Source: a virus
Taxonomy: Duplodnaviria > Heunggongvirae > Uroviricota > Caudoviricetes
Strand: one strand, 5' to 3'
IMG/VR virus record: IMGVR_UViG_2690316068_000002
DNA: 64,000 nucleotides
A program made the translations under genes and the position numbers. Shown piece after piece: positions 1 to 10,136 of this stretch. Position 1 is the first letter of the stretch; each line of letters opens with the position of its first letter. The notes under the pieces were generated by a model, which worked only from the letters and a program-made list of their open reading frames with translations, searched no databases and had not been told where the DNA came from.

Positions 1-56
1 CTAACATCCTGTCAGCGCCACAATGATAGTAAATTAGTACTTACTTATCCAGATAC

Positions 57-392
57 TTAAGCCTCAAATACTTGTCTGAATGTAGCAGTTAAGACACAGT
101 ACCCCTGATATCGCTTGACCGTATGACTGTCACATACAACTACAATCTGCTTGCCTCTTGGATTAACCCAATAGAACGATTCAACGCCTGATCGCTCAGT
201 CAGGAAGTCATCGATTGCATTAATTTCGTTGTATGATCTTGTAAAGGTTAACGACCATTCTTCTTTAATACGATTAAGACCTTGAGCCTGTCGCTGCTCG
301 TAGTCATCACCAAAATTAAGTACCGTTACATTCGGTTTTACGCTTTTTTCAGATTCGTAATCTGGATACCAATTAAACGTTTGTCTTTCCAT
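57..392 (-). CDS. Minor tail protein, lambda gpM-like
   Basis: 111 aa; spaced similarity to lambda gpM (F.W...GDGY.QR...GLN ... F.W..P ... V.C); sits directly downstream of the tape measure gene as in lambda (H then M). Confidence 0.6.
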   Translation of the reverse strand: MERQTFNWYPDYESEKSVKPNVTVLNFGDDYEQRQAQGLNRIKEEWSLTFTRSYNEINAIDDFLTERSGVESFYWVNPRGKQIVVVCDSHTVKRYQGYCVLTATFRQVFEA

Positions 393-434
393 CTCACATC
401 CTTGTGAGACTGCCCCGACCGGGGCAGTCGATAG

Positions 435-3400
435 TTAGTTACGTTGAGTGTTTGGGTTGAGTGATCCGCCAGGGCGTTTCTCTTGAGCGATAGTCTCAAG
501 CGCGATTGCTTTCATCCGTTGAGCGGCATTGTTCCATATGCTTTCTGTATCGCCGGATTCAGTTGTGCTACCGTCACTATGGACGTTGATCTCAATTGAT
601 ACCGGAGAAAGAACATTTCCTCCTCCACTCATACCATCGGTACTGAGCGTTACAGGGATTGTTCGACCATCAGGCAATGGAACATACGCCTCATTCATAT
701 CGCCTTCCCCAAACAACGCCAATTGAGGTGAGTTGGCGATACCGCCTTTCTGGTATGCCCGGAGCGGGATCACGCCGTCTTTTCCGAATATGCCACCATT
801 TGCAAACTTCGGAATTGCAGGAATACCATTCGTGCCATCGGCAGCAGAACTGGTCAGATTGTTGAACCCGGAAGTTGAGCCAGAAGAACCGGACATCAAT
901 CCATCGAATCCACCACCAGCCCATACTGAAACCAAACCAGATGCAACTGTCGCGCCGAAATTCAACCACTTATTACCAGAGCCGGAAGCATTAGCTCCAA
1001 GCATTGCAAACGCGGCAGACAGAGCGCCGGTAACAGAGCTGAGGTTCTGCATCGAGAAGATGGAGTCCTTCACTGCTTTTGTCTCAGCATCTTTGGCTTC
1101 GGTGCTATTAAATAGCCCTGATACCCAGCTACCAATCGCATTTGTTGCTGTGCCAATTGCGCTGGTGGTCTGCTGTGTCGTTTGCCCCAATCCAGTTACC
1201 GAACTGGACGTCTCCTTCGTGGCTTCTCCTACCGACTTGTCGCCATTAACAGTGTTGCTTATGCGCACACCTTGATTGGCAACTGCGGAAGCAACCCCGG
1301 TGAGCAAATTACCACTCTGTGAACTACCAGCTGCGGTGGTTCCCATCCCCAACATGTTCATTAGAGGCAGCGTGATCTGCGACTTCACGACCATATTGGT
1401 GATATCTTTCAAAATGGACTGAGATAGGCTGGAGAAGCTCATCTTCCCGTTAATAACGAAATCAGTCAGGACATCAGTTAAGCCACTAAACAAATCAGTC
1501 CAGGTGCTTTCGATCTGCTCTGCCAGATTTTCGTATTCCAGTGCCAACTTCTGCGTCGCAGTCCCCGTCTCTTTAATAAGCGCGGTATTGCCAGCAGCAA
1601 TCAGTTGATTGATTTTCTTTGTATAAAGCGCCACAACTTTAGGATCAGACGCCTTATCACGAAGTTCTATCAACGCTTTGAGATTGCGGTTGTAGGTGTC
1701 TTCGAAATCAGCAACTTTCTCTTCGCGAGACGGCGTATAGCCAGCACTAATAATGGAATCCGCCTCCGGTGCCCAAGTGGAGATCATCTGCTCAACATTG
1801 CGGCGATTAAACATCTCGCGATATTCAGGTGTCGCATTTTTGAGGTCTTCAAGACGTTTTTTCGCCTTGTCGATCATCTCTTGAGTGATGAACTCGTTAG
1901 GTACCGCATTAGCCAAATCTGTCAGCGATTTCGTTGTATCGCGAAGAGACTGATCAAACGATACCGTAGCCTTAGAGCTTTCACCCATTTGCCCCATAAG
2001 CTGATCAGCTTTGTCCAGAGCCTTCTGGTATCCGGCTGCCAGTTTCTGTTGCGCTGCCTGTTCCTTCTTGGCCGCACGCTGCGAGGCGTTAGCTGATCGT
2101 TGGGCTGCTTTCTCGGCAGCTGCTGCATCCTGTTCACGAGCTTTAGTAAGTGCGGCAATGGCTGCGGCACGCTCTTCATCGCTCATTTTCTCCAGAGAGC
2201 TGGCACTGGATGCTTTCTGCAAATTAAGCTGCGTCTTGAGTTGTTTAGGCCCAATAATCGGCTTACCTTCGAAGTCCATCATCGGAGTGCCGTCAGGCAA
2301 AGTACGCTGATAAGTCGCAGAATCCATCTGGTTTCGCATATATTGCGCCAACGCCTTCTGAGCAGCTTTATCAGTTGTACCTAACCCAAGAACAGTCCCC
2401 TGGTTTGACATTACGCCCTTACCAGTTTTGGCCGCGTTATCTCTCTCGAACTCTGCCTGAGTAAGTTCCTGAGCAACGGCTTCCAAATGCTCCTGATAAC
2501 CACGAATACTGCCTTGCAGTTTCTGGATTTGCTCGGTATTGCCATCCTTTTTGGCTTTTTCAAGCTGATCATTAAGAGTCGCGATTTGCTTCTCGGTCGC
2601 ATTCTTACGAGAAGAAAGTGAATCAACCAGTTTTTGCGCAGGCTCCAGATAGCTTTTGTTTACCGTTTCACGTAACGGTGCCAATAGCTTGTTCTTTTCG
2701 TCATCTGAAAGTGAACCGTCATCATTGATTTTCTGGATCTTATCCAGAGCCTCCTGCCGGGCTTTCACGAATGTTGCCGCGAAAATCTGGTTTTCCGCTC
2801 GAATTTTCTCAATCTGAGATTCGGCAGCCTCTTTAGCCAAACGCTTTGCTACAGCGCCGTCACCAAGAGCTATCGTGCCGGTTATCTTTTGATACTCTTC
2901 CTGATTTTTTTTCAGGCGTGCTTCGATGTCAGCCTTCGACTCTTTGTGAGTAATAACACCGGCAGAGTTAGATACGTAATTAACACCATCACCAGTTTTT
3001 AATGCTCGTTGATCAGCAAGAATCTGCTTTTCGAGCTTTTCTGCGCGGTCGGCCATTTGTGCACGTTTGGCCGCCGTCATCGCCTCTGGTATTTTCCTAA
3101 TCTCGTCAACGACCTTTGAAGTTTCGCTGCGGAGCATGGTCATGTACGTGATTAGGCCAGCAACAGCTACAGTGGCAACTGTAAATGCTGCCCCTATAGG
3201 GTTTGCTGCAATGAACGCCGTTAATCCAGCAAAAGCGCCTTTAAGCCCCGTAATCGCCCCACGGATGGCGAAAATAAGAGAGGGGATCGGAGCCAGCCCC
3301 ATACGTGCCGCACGATTGAATCGGGTTACTGCTGTAGCGCCGAGGTTAAATGGAGTCTGTATGGCGGTCGCCATCGTGGCAAAGGTGCTAACCATCTGGC

Positions 3401-5027
3401 TGCCTGCGCCAACTACCCCCATGATCCCTGCTCGCATCAGTTTGAACGCAACCATCGCGGCCACGACCTTACCGAGATTAATTACCAGCTCTTGGTTCTT
3501 TGCTAACCATTGAGCAAGCTGACGCAACCCATCGATTGCCGTCGTTAACCCCGAACCTAAAGAATTGGCAAACGAAATCCCTTCGGCGCTATTCATGATT
3601 GAAGCCAGTTCTTTCATCCCCTTCGATAGAGAATCCAGATATCCGGCCTGACCAACCCGATCAGCAAATAACGTGAATGACGTCTGAAGTTGCGCCAGCG
3701 CACCTGTGTAGGTTTGCATCATGTCTTTCGCTGCGTTCTCATTCTCCGCACGCAGACCAACAAACATCAGAGACAACGCCTGTTTTGCCTCAACCGTACC
3801 GCTGGCAACGGCTTTAGTCAGTTCCCCCATAGTGATGCCTGCGGCGTCTGCCATTGCCTGCATCGCGTTAGGAACGGCTTCACCTAATTGCTGACGTAGC
3901 TCTTCCATTGACACAACGCCCTTACCGGACATCTGCTGAACGGCCACAGCCGCACGTTTCAACAGCTCACTATCACCACCAAAACGAGCAACGGAGTCCA
4001 CCAGCGCCTTCAGAGAACCATCGGTTGGATCTAAGCCAGCAGAACGAAACTTCACGAAGGAGTCTGTTAACGCCTGCATCGCGAACGGCGCATTTTGAGC
4101 CATGTCTACGATGTACTTCATATCATCAGCGGCAGCCTGGCCCGGGTTGGACTTCTCCTTATTCAACCCTCGAAGCATCACCCGCATACGTTCCATTTCG
4201 GCCGCAGCTTCAACAATAGGCTTCTGCCACCCAAACATGATGTCAGTAACCGTTCTGGCTGCATCTCCGATCTCGCCAAGCAGAAAAATGTTGCCACGAA
4301 GGCCAGAGAACATACCTCCTTCGTTACTTTTACCGCTATGGCCAGAAGCGCCGCTACGCCGCCCGCTACCACCATCGCCACTTCCAGATGTACGAACGCG
4401 TACCGGCTTGCTAATCAGTTGCTGACGTCCGATAACTTCGTCCATCTGCTCACGAACCTTTTTCAGTCCCTCGGCAGCCTGACTCGTTGTGACACCCCAA
4501 TTACTGAGTCGCTTCGTCGTGGTATTAAGGCGCGTATTCATGCCACTCACGGACACAGAGGCTTCTTTGACCTCCGTACCAAAGCGGCTTGCGCTTTTGC
4601 TTGCATAGGTCGCCCAATCAGAGAAATCATTTAGCTCTGATTGCACTTTACGTAATGACGCGGTGAGTTTATCTACTGAAGAAGTTGTCGTATCGACGCG
4701 CTCAATCAGGGCTTTAAGACCAGAATTGAGGCTGGTGATGTTGCCACGCATTTTACGCGTAGCATCTGAAGCAAGCTCAAAACCGGCAGCTACATCCTGT
4801 AGTTTATCTGCCGTAGAATCGAGCTTGCTTTCCAGAACGCCAATGATACGGGCGACCGAACCCAAAGAGCGTTCAAAGGTTTGGATTTTTTGAGCAGGCT
4901 TTGTTACCTGCTCACCAAATCGAGTAAGCAGTTTCCCCGCACGATCGATTGACGCTGTAAACTGTTTGTCTTCCAGCGACAGGATAAACTCTACGTTTTG
5001 TGACATTCCCTTGTCATCCTCTGCCAA
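435..5027 (-). CDS. Tail tape measure protein
   Basis: 1530 aa; long coiled-coil-rich N-terminal half, hydrophobic Gly/Ala-rich membrane-like segment, Gly/Ser-rich C-terminus; sits between chaperone pair and gpM-like gene. Confidence 0.85.
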   Translation of the reverse strand: MAEDDKGMSQNVEFILSLEDKQFTASIDRAGKLLTRFGEQVTKPAQKIQTFERSLGSVARIIGVLESKLDSTADKLQDVAAGFELASDATRKMRGNITSLNSGLKALIERVDTTTSSVDKLTASLRKVQSELNDFSDWATYASKSASRFGTEVKEASVSVSGMNTRLNTTTKRLSNWGVTTSQAAEGLKKVREQMDEVIGRQQLISKPVRVRTSGSGDGGSGRRSGASGHSGKSNEGGMFSGLRGNIFLLGEIGDAARTVTDIMFGWQKPIVEAAAEMERMRVMLRGLNKEKSNPGQAAADDMKYIVDMAQNAPFAMQALTDSFVKFRSAGLDPTDGSLKALVDSVARFGGDSELLKRAAVAVQQMSGKGVVSMEELRQQLGEAVPNAMQAMADAAGITMGELTKAVASGTVEAKQALSLMFVGLRAENENAAKDMMQTYTGALAQLQTSFTLFADRVGQAGYLDSLSKGMKELASIMNSAEGISFANSLGSGLTTAIDGLRQLAQWLAKNQELVINLGKVVAAMVAFKLMRAGIMGVVGAGSQMVSTFATMATAIQTPFNLGATAVTRFNRAARMGLAPIPSLIFAIRGAITGLKGAFAGLTAFIAANPIGAAFTVATVAVAGLITYMTMLRSETSKVVDEIRKIPEAMTAAKRAQMADRAEKLEKQILADQRALKTGDGVNYVSNSAGVITHKESKADIEARLKKNQEEYQKITGTIALGDGAVAKRLAKEAAESQIEKIRAENQIFAATFVKARQEALDKIQKINDDGSLSDDEKNKLLAPLRETVNKSYLEPAQKLVDSLSSRKNATEKQIATLNDQLEKAKKDGNTEQIQKLQGSIRGYQEHLEAVAQELTQAEFERDNAAKTGKGVMSNQGTVLGLGTTDKAAQKALAQYMRNQMDSATYQRTLPDGTPMMDFEGKPIIGPKQLKTQLNLQKASSASSLEKMSDEERAAAIAALTKAREQDAAAAEKAAQRSANASQRAAKKEQAAQQKLAAGYQKALDKADQLMGQMGESSKATVSFDQSLRDTTKSLTDLANAVPNEFITQEMIDKAKKRLEDLKNATPEYREMFNRRNVEQMISTWAPEADSIISAGYTPSREEKVADFEDTYNRNLKALIELRDKASDPKVVALYTKKINQLIAAGNTALIKETGTATQKLALEYENLAEQIESTWTDLFSGLTDVLTDFVINGKMSFSSLSQSILKDITNMVVKSQITLPLMNMLGMGTTAAGSSQSGNLLTGVASAVANQGVRISNTVNGDKSVGEATKETSSSVTGLGQTTQQTTSAIGTATNAIGSWVSGLFNSTEAKDAETKAVKDSIFSMQNLSSVTGALSAAFAMLGANASGSGNKWLNFGATVASGLVSVWAGGGFDGLMSGSSGSTSGFNNLTSSAADGTNGIPAIPKFANGGIFGKDGVIPLRAYQKGGIANSPQLALFGEGDMNEAYVPLPDGRTIPVTLSTDGMSGGGNVLSPVSIEINVHSDGSTTESGDTESIWNNAAQRMKAIALETIAQEKRPGGSLNPNTQRN

Positions 5028-5283
5028 ATATTTGCATCAGTTGCTCTTTGGCGTCAGGGTCTGCCTTATCCTGGCTTGGATCGTAGACTTTATCTGTTAC
5101 GACTGGTCTTCCAATCCTGAGTTGCAAACCCTCCATGAACGCCTTCACAGCCTCGCCATCCGCCTGGGACGCACGAGCGACTTGTAAGTTGCGGACATCC
5201 TCTTCCGCACGCAGACGGTCTATATTGCGACTGAGCATCCAGAACATCGTGAGAGGAACGTTCAGTAGCTCTAATGGCGACAC
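5014..5283 (-). CDS. Tail assembly chaperone, gpT-like frameshift extension
   Basis: ORF in the -1 frame relative to the upstream G-like ORF; this frame is open from about 5400, overlapping the 3' end of the G-like gene, the classic G/G-T arrangement before the tape measure. Confidence 0.45.
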   Translation of the reverse strand: MSPLELLNVPLTMFWMLSRNIDRLRAEEDVRNLQVARASQADGEAVKAFMEGLQLRIGRPVVTDKVYDPSQDKADPDAKEQLMQIFGRG

Positions 5284-5363
5284 GGCGTAGTGAGCAACTA
5301 CACGACTGAAATAGAATCCGAGATCTATTGAGACGGTCCTTGTCCCGGATTCATCGCGGGAAA

Positions 5364-5681
5364 TTACTTTGCCCCTTCGCCAGCCGCTTTTTCGTTTTCT
5401 TCATCAATCACTTCCATAGCGAAGGTGAAGATCTGCTGGAGTTGCGGAACAGTCAGTTTTTCAAGAACTTCATCAGGCACTGAAGGGATAACCTTACGAA
5501 CCAGATCTGCATAAGCTGTCACTTGCTCAACAGGAGACATGTTCATGAGATCTTTGCCTTCCATCTGCTTGATGGAAACGAACAAACCTACCGTCATTTC
5601 AACGATGGGATATTCCTGACCGCCAAATTTGATGCTTTTCTTCGGAGGCAGAATGGAATCGAGATCGAGTAATTTGGTCAT
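5364..5681 (-). CDS. Tail assembly chaperone, gpG-like
   Basis: 105 aa acidic protein between tail tube and tape measure; -1 frame ORF overlaps its 3' end. Confidence 0.55.
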   Translation of the reverse strand: MTKLLDLDSILPPKKSIKFGGQEYPIVEMTVGLFVSIKQMEGKDLMNMSPVEQVTAYADLVRKVIPSVPDEVLEKLTVPQLQQIFTFAMEVIDEENEKAAGEGAK

Positions 5682-5736
5682 TGGTTAAAATCCTTTTAAA
5701 AGAGAGGCCCATCCTGAGCCTCTGCTTAATTACTGA

Positions 5737-6519
5737 TTAATCTGCGGGGTTAATCGTTACTGACTTAGTTGTCTTCTTACCACCGCTATTGCTGGTGAAG
5801 GAGATATTTGTAGAACCCTGCGCCACACCACGTACCAGACCCGTTTGATCTACCGTGGCCTTTTCCTGGTCTTCGGATTCCCAAACACCGGTTTTGTCTG
5901 CGGCATCAGCTGGAGTGATTTCGGCTGTCAGTTGCACAGTTTCTCCAGCTTTTACGGTTGGAGATTCCGGTGAGATCGACACAGTTTTTACCGGTTTAGG
6001 ACCGCTCATTTTGCCCAGAACGCCTTCATCATCCGGGTATGCGCTGAACTGAACAGAGAACACACGAACATCATCAGACTGGTAGGTCATAGTGAAGTTG
6101 CCCGCGGTTGCCGCTTTCGGGATGGTCAACACATAGTCGGTGGTGTCCTGCGGAGTCAGAACCAGCTCCTTCGCCACATCAATCAGGTTAACGCCCTGTG
6201 CAGATGTGATCGTGACAGAGTTGTCATCTTCGCTCAGAGTAGAACCAGGCATCAGGTCAACCATGTTTTGGAGTACAGACTCAGCCAGAGGCGCGGTGAT
6301 GGTAATGTTGCGCCCCTGAACTAATTCGGAAATTACGGTCTGCCCCAACTGATCGACGGTGACTTTCAGCGTTTCAGTGGCTACTTCAACCTGAACACCA
6401 CCTTTGGTGTAACCCAAATCCACACCACCAAACGACACCTTACAGGCACCAAGTTTGATGTTTTTTACATGGGTATTAGACATTGATGGAAAACTCCTTT
6501 TTCCGTTAATTCTACGCAT
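5737..6519 (-). CDS. Major tail tube protein with C-terminal Ig-like (Big_2-type) domain
   Basis: Position upstream of chaperone pair; C-terminal ~80 aa is Thr/Val-rich Ig-like repeat (TVKAGETVQLTAEITPADAADKTGVWESEDQEKATVDQTGLV...). True start probably the internal Met near 6483 (MSNTHVKNIKLG). Confidence 0.7.
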   Translation of the reverse strand: MRRINGKRSFPSMSNTHVKNIKLGACKVSFGGVDLGYTKGGVQVEVATETLKVTVDQLGQTVISELVQGRNITITAPLAESVLQNMVDLMPGSTLSEDDNSVTITSAQGVNLIDVAKELVLTPQDTTDYVLTIPKAATAGNFTMTYQSDDVRVFSVQFSAYPDDEGVLGKMSGPKPVKTVSISPESPTVKAGETVQLTAEITPADAADKTGVWESEDQEKATVDQTGLVRGVAQGSTNISFTSNSGGKKTTKSVTINPAD

Positions 6520-6557
6520 TCATTGCGCTAATAGTAAGTATATACTTACTAATTGAG

Positions 6558-7064
6558 TTAATTCAATAAATAGCCAGCAAATTCAACAGGAATGCCTGCT
6601 TCTATTAATGCCCCATCATTTTTGGGATAAATGATTGGCATCGCCATCGGTCGTACAAGTCGAAAATAAACACCACCAGATTCCGTTTCCTCTACTGGAA
6701 ACATCTCAATGATTTTATTGGCTTTCTCAACCGTCGTAGTAATTGACGAACCACGCACAATGATTGTGAATGATTCGAGATAAAAGCCCTGTAGCTCATG
6801 ATCGATGCTGATACCGGTATTTGGGTTAATAAGCAGGACGCCAGATTTCACATTGGCAGGCAAGTAGTGACAGAAAATGTCAGTCCCGACCGTGCCAATC
6901 TTTGCCTTCTGCATCAAACTTGCAAACGCTTCAATAAACACATTAACCTCTCGTAAATCCGGCTTTTCTGGCAGCCTCAAGAATCGCTTCTGAGAACTGC
7001 TTCTCGCTAATTTCCACCGCTCTTTCCAGAAAGTGTGGCCCAACACGAGGTTTAACACCGGCAA
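6558..7064 (-). CDS. Putative tail completion/terminator protein
   Basis: Position only (between head-tail genes and tail tube); ORF-track start may be too far upstream. Confidence 0.35.
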   Translation of the reverse strand: MPVLNLVLGHTFWKERWKLARSSSQKRFLRLPEKPDLREVNVFIEAFASLMQKAKIGTVGTDIFCHYLPANVKSGVLLINPNTGISIDHELQGFYLESFTIIVRGSSITTTVEKANKIIEMFPVEETESGGVYFRLVRPMAMPIIYPKNDGALIEAGIPVEFAGYLLN

Positions 7065-7416
7065 TTGGTGGGTTTGTCACGTTCTTCATTCGAGAAAGAT
7101 AACCGAGTCGGTATTTACCCAGCTCCATGTACTTAGCATAGTCACCGACTTCTACGCCAGGATGCCCCTGACGTGGTTTTGCTCCAGACACAGAAAGCTC
7201 AATGCGCAGCCCTGAATAACCTTCTTTAATCACCCTGGCAAAGATAGCTGTCTCCAGAGATCCGGTTTCCAGCGGGGCCATTGCACGGCTAAGGCGCTCA
7301 ACCAAACGCGCCAGCTTTTCCATGTCCCGAATAAGATATCGCTTAAATGCTTTCTGGCTGTTGTTGAGTCGATTCCCCGCACGTTTGAACTGATGCGCAT
7401 CGTATTTCAGACCCAT
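6943..7416 (-). CDS. Putative head-tail joining protein (HK97 gp10-like by position)
   Basis: 157 aa basic protein in head-tail connector region; assignment is positional. Confidence 0.35.
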   Translation of the reverse strand: MGLKYDAHQFKRAGNRLNNSQKAFKRYLIRDMEKLARLVERLSRAMAPLETGSLETAIFARVIKEGYSGLRIELSVSGAKPRQGHPGVEVGDYAKYMELGKYRLGYLSRMKNVTNPPIAGVKPRVGPHFLERAVEISEKQFSEAILEAARKAGFTRG

Positions 7417-7847
7417 ATATTCGCCCCTACTTCAAGATGCCCAGGTCTTCCTCGTAGCCCCCAGCGGCGATGAACACTGGACACCTTTAATTTTTGACCT
7501 TCAAGGATCAGTACATCATCAAGTTGTACAGCCGCTTCTAAAGGGACAACTAACACAGCATCAAACAGCTCCAGACTCGCCTTACCACGACTACCAGAGC
7601 TATCAGCACGAACTGACGATTTCTCATTACTCTGTTCGAACTTAACCACGCCGACATTCGTCTTCCTGACGAATTGTAATTGCGCCTCGCCGTAAACGTT
7701 CTTTGCGCCAAAGCGGTAGATCGCAATTTCTGTTTGCCACGAAATATTCATGCTCTCTCTCTGTTGTTGCCGGTCGCTCTCATTACTGGCCAAAAACCCT
7801 TTCGACCAAAAGTAAATAATGCGACTGGCGTTACGCACGGCGAACAA
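7407..7847 (-). CDS. Putative head-tail adaptor/head closure protein
   Basis: 146 aa, overlapping start/stop with neighbours, structural-module position. Confidence 0.35.
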   Translation of the reverse strand: MFAVRNASRIIYFWSKGFLASNESDRQQQRESMNISWQTEIAIYRFGAKNVYGEAQLQFVRKTNVGVVKFEQSNEKSSVRADSSGSRGKASLELFDAVLVVPLEAAVQLDDVLILEGQKLKVSSVHRRWGLRGRPGHLEVGANIWV

Positions 7848-8664
7848 TCATACGGTTGTTGATGTAACTGACCAGCAAGCGCCAGGTACTGCGAGCCACA
7901 TGCACGTTTGCAGCTTTACCGGTACGGTACATGTTGGTTGTTTCACCGATTGACTCTGACAAAATGCCATCCTCTCGTGCTGCGGCAACATCATTGCCAT
8001 TTGCGATCTCACACGCTTCGTTGACAACGGCAAGCATCAACGCTTCTTTGAAGTAGTCAGGGAACTCTTCAAACTTCTCTTGCGTCATCTTTTCCCAATC
8101 GACTAAATCATGCCGGTACGCTCCATCTGCTCCCCACGGAATGTCATACACATTCAGCATATTTTGAGGGCGATCGTATCGGTCAAAGTCGATACGTAGA
8201 ATTTTGCGGATTGAGAACGGTAAAGTTTTAATTCGTCTGGTAGCCTCAATGAGACGCTTGCGCATTAAGCCTTCACCATCCGACAGCAAAGTGTCCCCAT
8301 TCAGCATATCGATCGCCTGCATTTGAGCATCAGCGACAGTTGCAAACGACTGTTCTGGTATCGACAGTTCAAAACTATTCAGCAGAACATACATTTGCCG
8401 CTCTTCATGCGTCAGACCCGATGCAACAGCCTTCACAATGACGTACCGCAGATCGCGTTCTTTCTCAGAGAGCTGGTTATATTCAGCCGACACGACAACC
8501 GGAATCGACATTTGACCGCTGGTAATTTCTAGCGGCTCGCCATCAACGAGAATAGCCCCGGTGCTGTCCTTTACTGTGTAGGTGGCAGATTCGATATCCA
8601 GCACGTTGAAGGCAAATGAAAGAGAAACAGCTTCACCGCTACGATACGAGTCGATCTGCGCCAT
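7831..8664 (-). CDS. Hypothetical structural protein
   Basis: 277 aa ORF in structural module; no recognisable motif. Confidence 0.4.
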   Translation of the reverse strand: MAQIDSYRSGEAVSLSFAFNVLDIESATYTVKDSTGAILVDGEPLEITSGQMSIPVVVSAEYNQLSEKERDLRYVIVKAVASGLTHEERQMYVLLNSFELSIPEQSFATVADAQMQAIDMLNGDTLLSDGEGLMRKRLIEATRRIKTLPFSIRKILRIDFDRYDRPQNMLNVYDIPWGADGAYRHDLVDWEKMTQEKFEEFPDYFKEALMLAVVNEACEIANGNDVAAAREDGILSESIGETTNMYRTGKAANVHVARSTWRLLVSYINNRMIVRRA

Positions 8665-9098
8665 TACTCACCGCCTTGTGCTTTCAGGATGCCTTCAATC
8701 ATCTCGACAATTCCTTTCGCTTTGACACCAACCTGATTACCAATCACACGTAGACCGGCAATGCCTTCATTGTCTGCAATTGACTCCAACTCTTCTCGTG
8801 TGAAAGTCTGGATCTGTTTGGCCGGTTCATCTGGTGTCCCACGTTTCATTGGCACAATGTCAGGTGCTGCTGGCTCGGTAATCAGGTCTGCGGTCAACTC
8901 GCCACGATCACTGTATGCGGCAGACGGAGAAACATTTTTGCCCTCGACTGTTGATGCTCGCATTGAGGCACAAATCCTTTGCTGATCGATAAAAGGCAAC
9001 TCCGCTACGGACACCCCGTTCTCGAACTGAACGCCGCACAACATTCCCGAATAACCGGAAAATTGCGGTTCTAATAAAACAATTTTTGCTGGTTTCAT
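8664..9098 (-). CDS. Hypothetical structural protein
   Basis: 144 aa ORF abutting neighbouring genes, between decoration and head-tail genes. Confidence 0.4.
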   Translation of the reverse strand: MKPAKIVLLEPQFSGYSGMLCGVQFENGVSVAELPFIDQQRICASMRASTVEGKNVSPSAAYSDRGELTADLITEPAAPDIVPMKRGTPDEPAKQIQTFTREELESIADNEGIAGLRVIGNQVGVKAKGIVEMIEGILKAQGGE

Positions 9099-9142
9099 AA
9101 CGCATTCTCTCTACATGGGCGGCTTTCGCCGCCCAATATTGA

Positions 9143-10063
9143 TTATTCCTGTGCAGCAGTGACTTCTATGGTCGCTGTCGCTTTGTGGCTACCATCTTGG
9201 GTAGTAACCTCGATTGTGGCAGTACCAGCCGCAACGCCAGTTACAACACCGGTTTCGCTATCCACCGTTGCAAACTCGGTATTTTTGGATTCCCAAGTAA
9301 CGGTTTTATTTGTTGCTCCTGCCGGCTCGACATTTGCGGTCAGCTGAACAGTTTTGTTTGCCTCAACGGTTGTGCTATTTGGGTCGATTTCGACGCCGGT
9401 AACAGCCACAACAGGCGCAGTTACTTCCACCGTTGCAGTTCCCTTTTTGCTGCCATCTTGGGAAACGATCTCAATCGTCGCAGTGCCAACTTCTACACCA
9501 GTAACGTTCCCGCTCTGGTCTACCGTTGCCTTATCTTCATTTTTGGAAGACCAGGTAACAGCCTTATTCGTCGCATTTGACGGCTGAACATTCGCTTTCA
9601 GACTGACTGATTTCCCTTTCTCAACAGACGTTGATTCTGGCGTTACCGTTACGGATTGAACGGCTACCGGATTTACGGTGACTTCCACTGAAGCGGAAAG
9701 CTGGGTTTCCTGATCAGTTGCAGTAATTTTTACTTTGCCTGGTGCTACGCCAGTTACTAATCCAGTGCCGTTAACGGTTGCAATTTGGTCATTTGCTGAC
9801 TTCCAGGTGAATGAACTAGCACTCTTACCCATACTAATACCTGCACTAAGTTGAACAGTTTTCCCAACCAAAACTGACGGTGAAGCCGGGGTTATGTTTA
9901 CGGATTGGGAGAGGGGAACCGCCTGCAAACAAGCAGATAGCTGACTTTGTTGCCGCTCGGTTAAAGGTTCATCGGAGATAGAATTGGTAAATCCGGCACG
10001 GCACATATGCCCCGTAAAATCCGAAAATGCCTCTTCCGTAATCTTCATCTTTTGTTCTGGCAT
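9143..10063 (-). CDS. Ig-like (Big_2) repeat protein, probable capsid decoration protein
   Basis: Three tandem ~85-aa Ig-like repeats (KTVQLTANVEPAGATNKTVTWESKN...ATVD..GVVTGV..GTATIEV); immediately downstream of capsid gene. Confidence 0.6.
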   Translation of the reverse strand: MPEQKMKITEEAFSDFTGHMCRAGFTNSISDEPLTERQQSQLSACLQAVPLSQSVNITPASPSVLVGKTVQLSAGISMGKSASSFTWKSANDQIATVNGTGLVTGVAPGKVKITATDQETQLSASVEVTVNPVAVQSVTVTPESTSVEKGKSVSLKANVQPSNATNKAVTWSSKNEDKATVDQSGNVTGVEVGTATIEIVSQDGSKKGTATVEVTAPVVAVTGVEIDPNSTTVEANKTVQLTANVEPAGATNKTVTWESKNTEFATVDSETGVVTGVAAGTATIEVTTQDGSHKATATIEVTAAQE

Positions 10064-10136
10064 TTCTTGCTCCTACAAAAAGGGTGGGCGTATAGCCCAC
10101 CCTTAAACATAGATAATTACTTATCTACCACACTGA

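Noticed and set aside
529-4893. Many short plus-strand ORFs (60-180 aa) inside the tape measure gene
   Set aside because: They lie antisense to a long, well-supported coding region and have low-complexity Ser/Pro/Ala-rich translations typical of antisense frames of GC-balanced genes.
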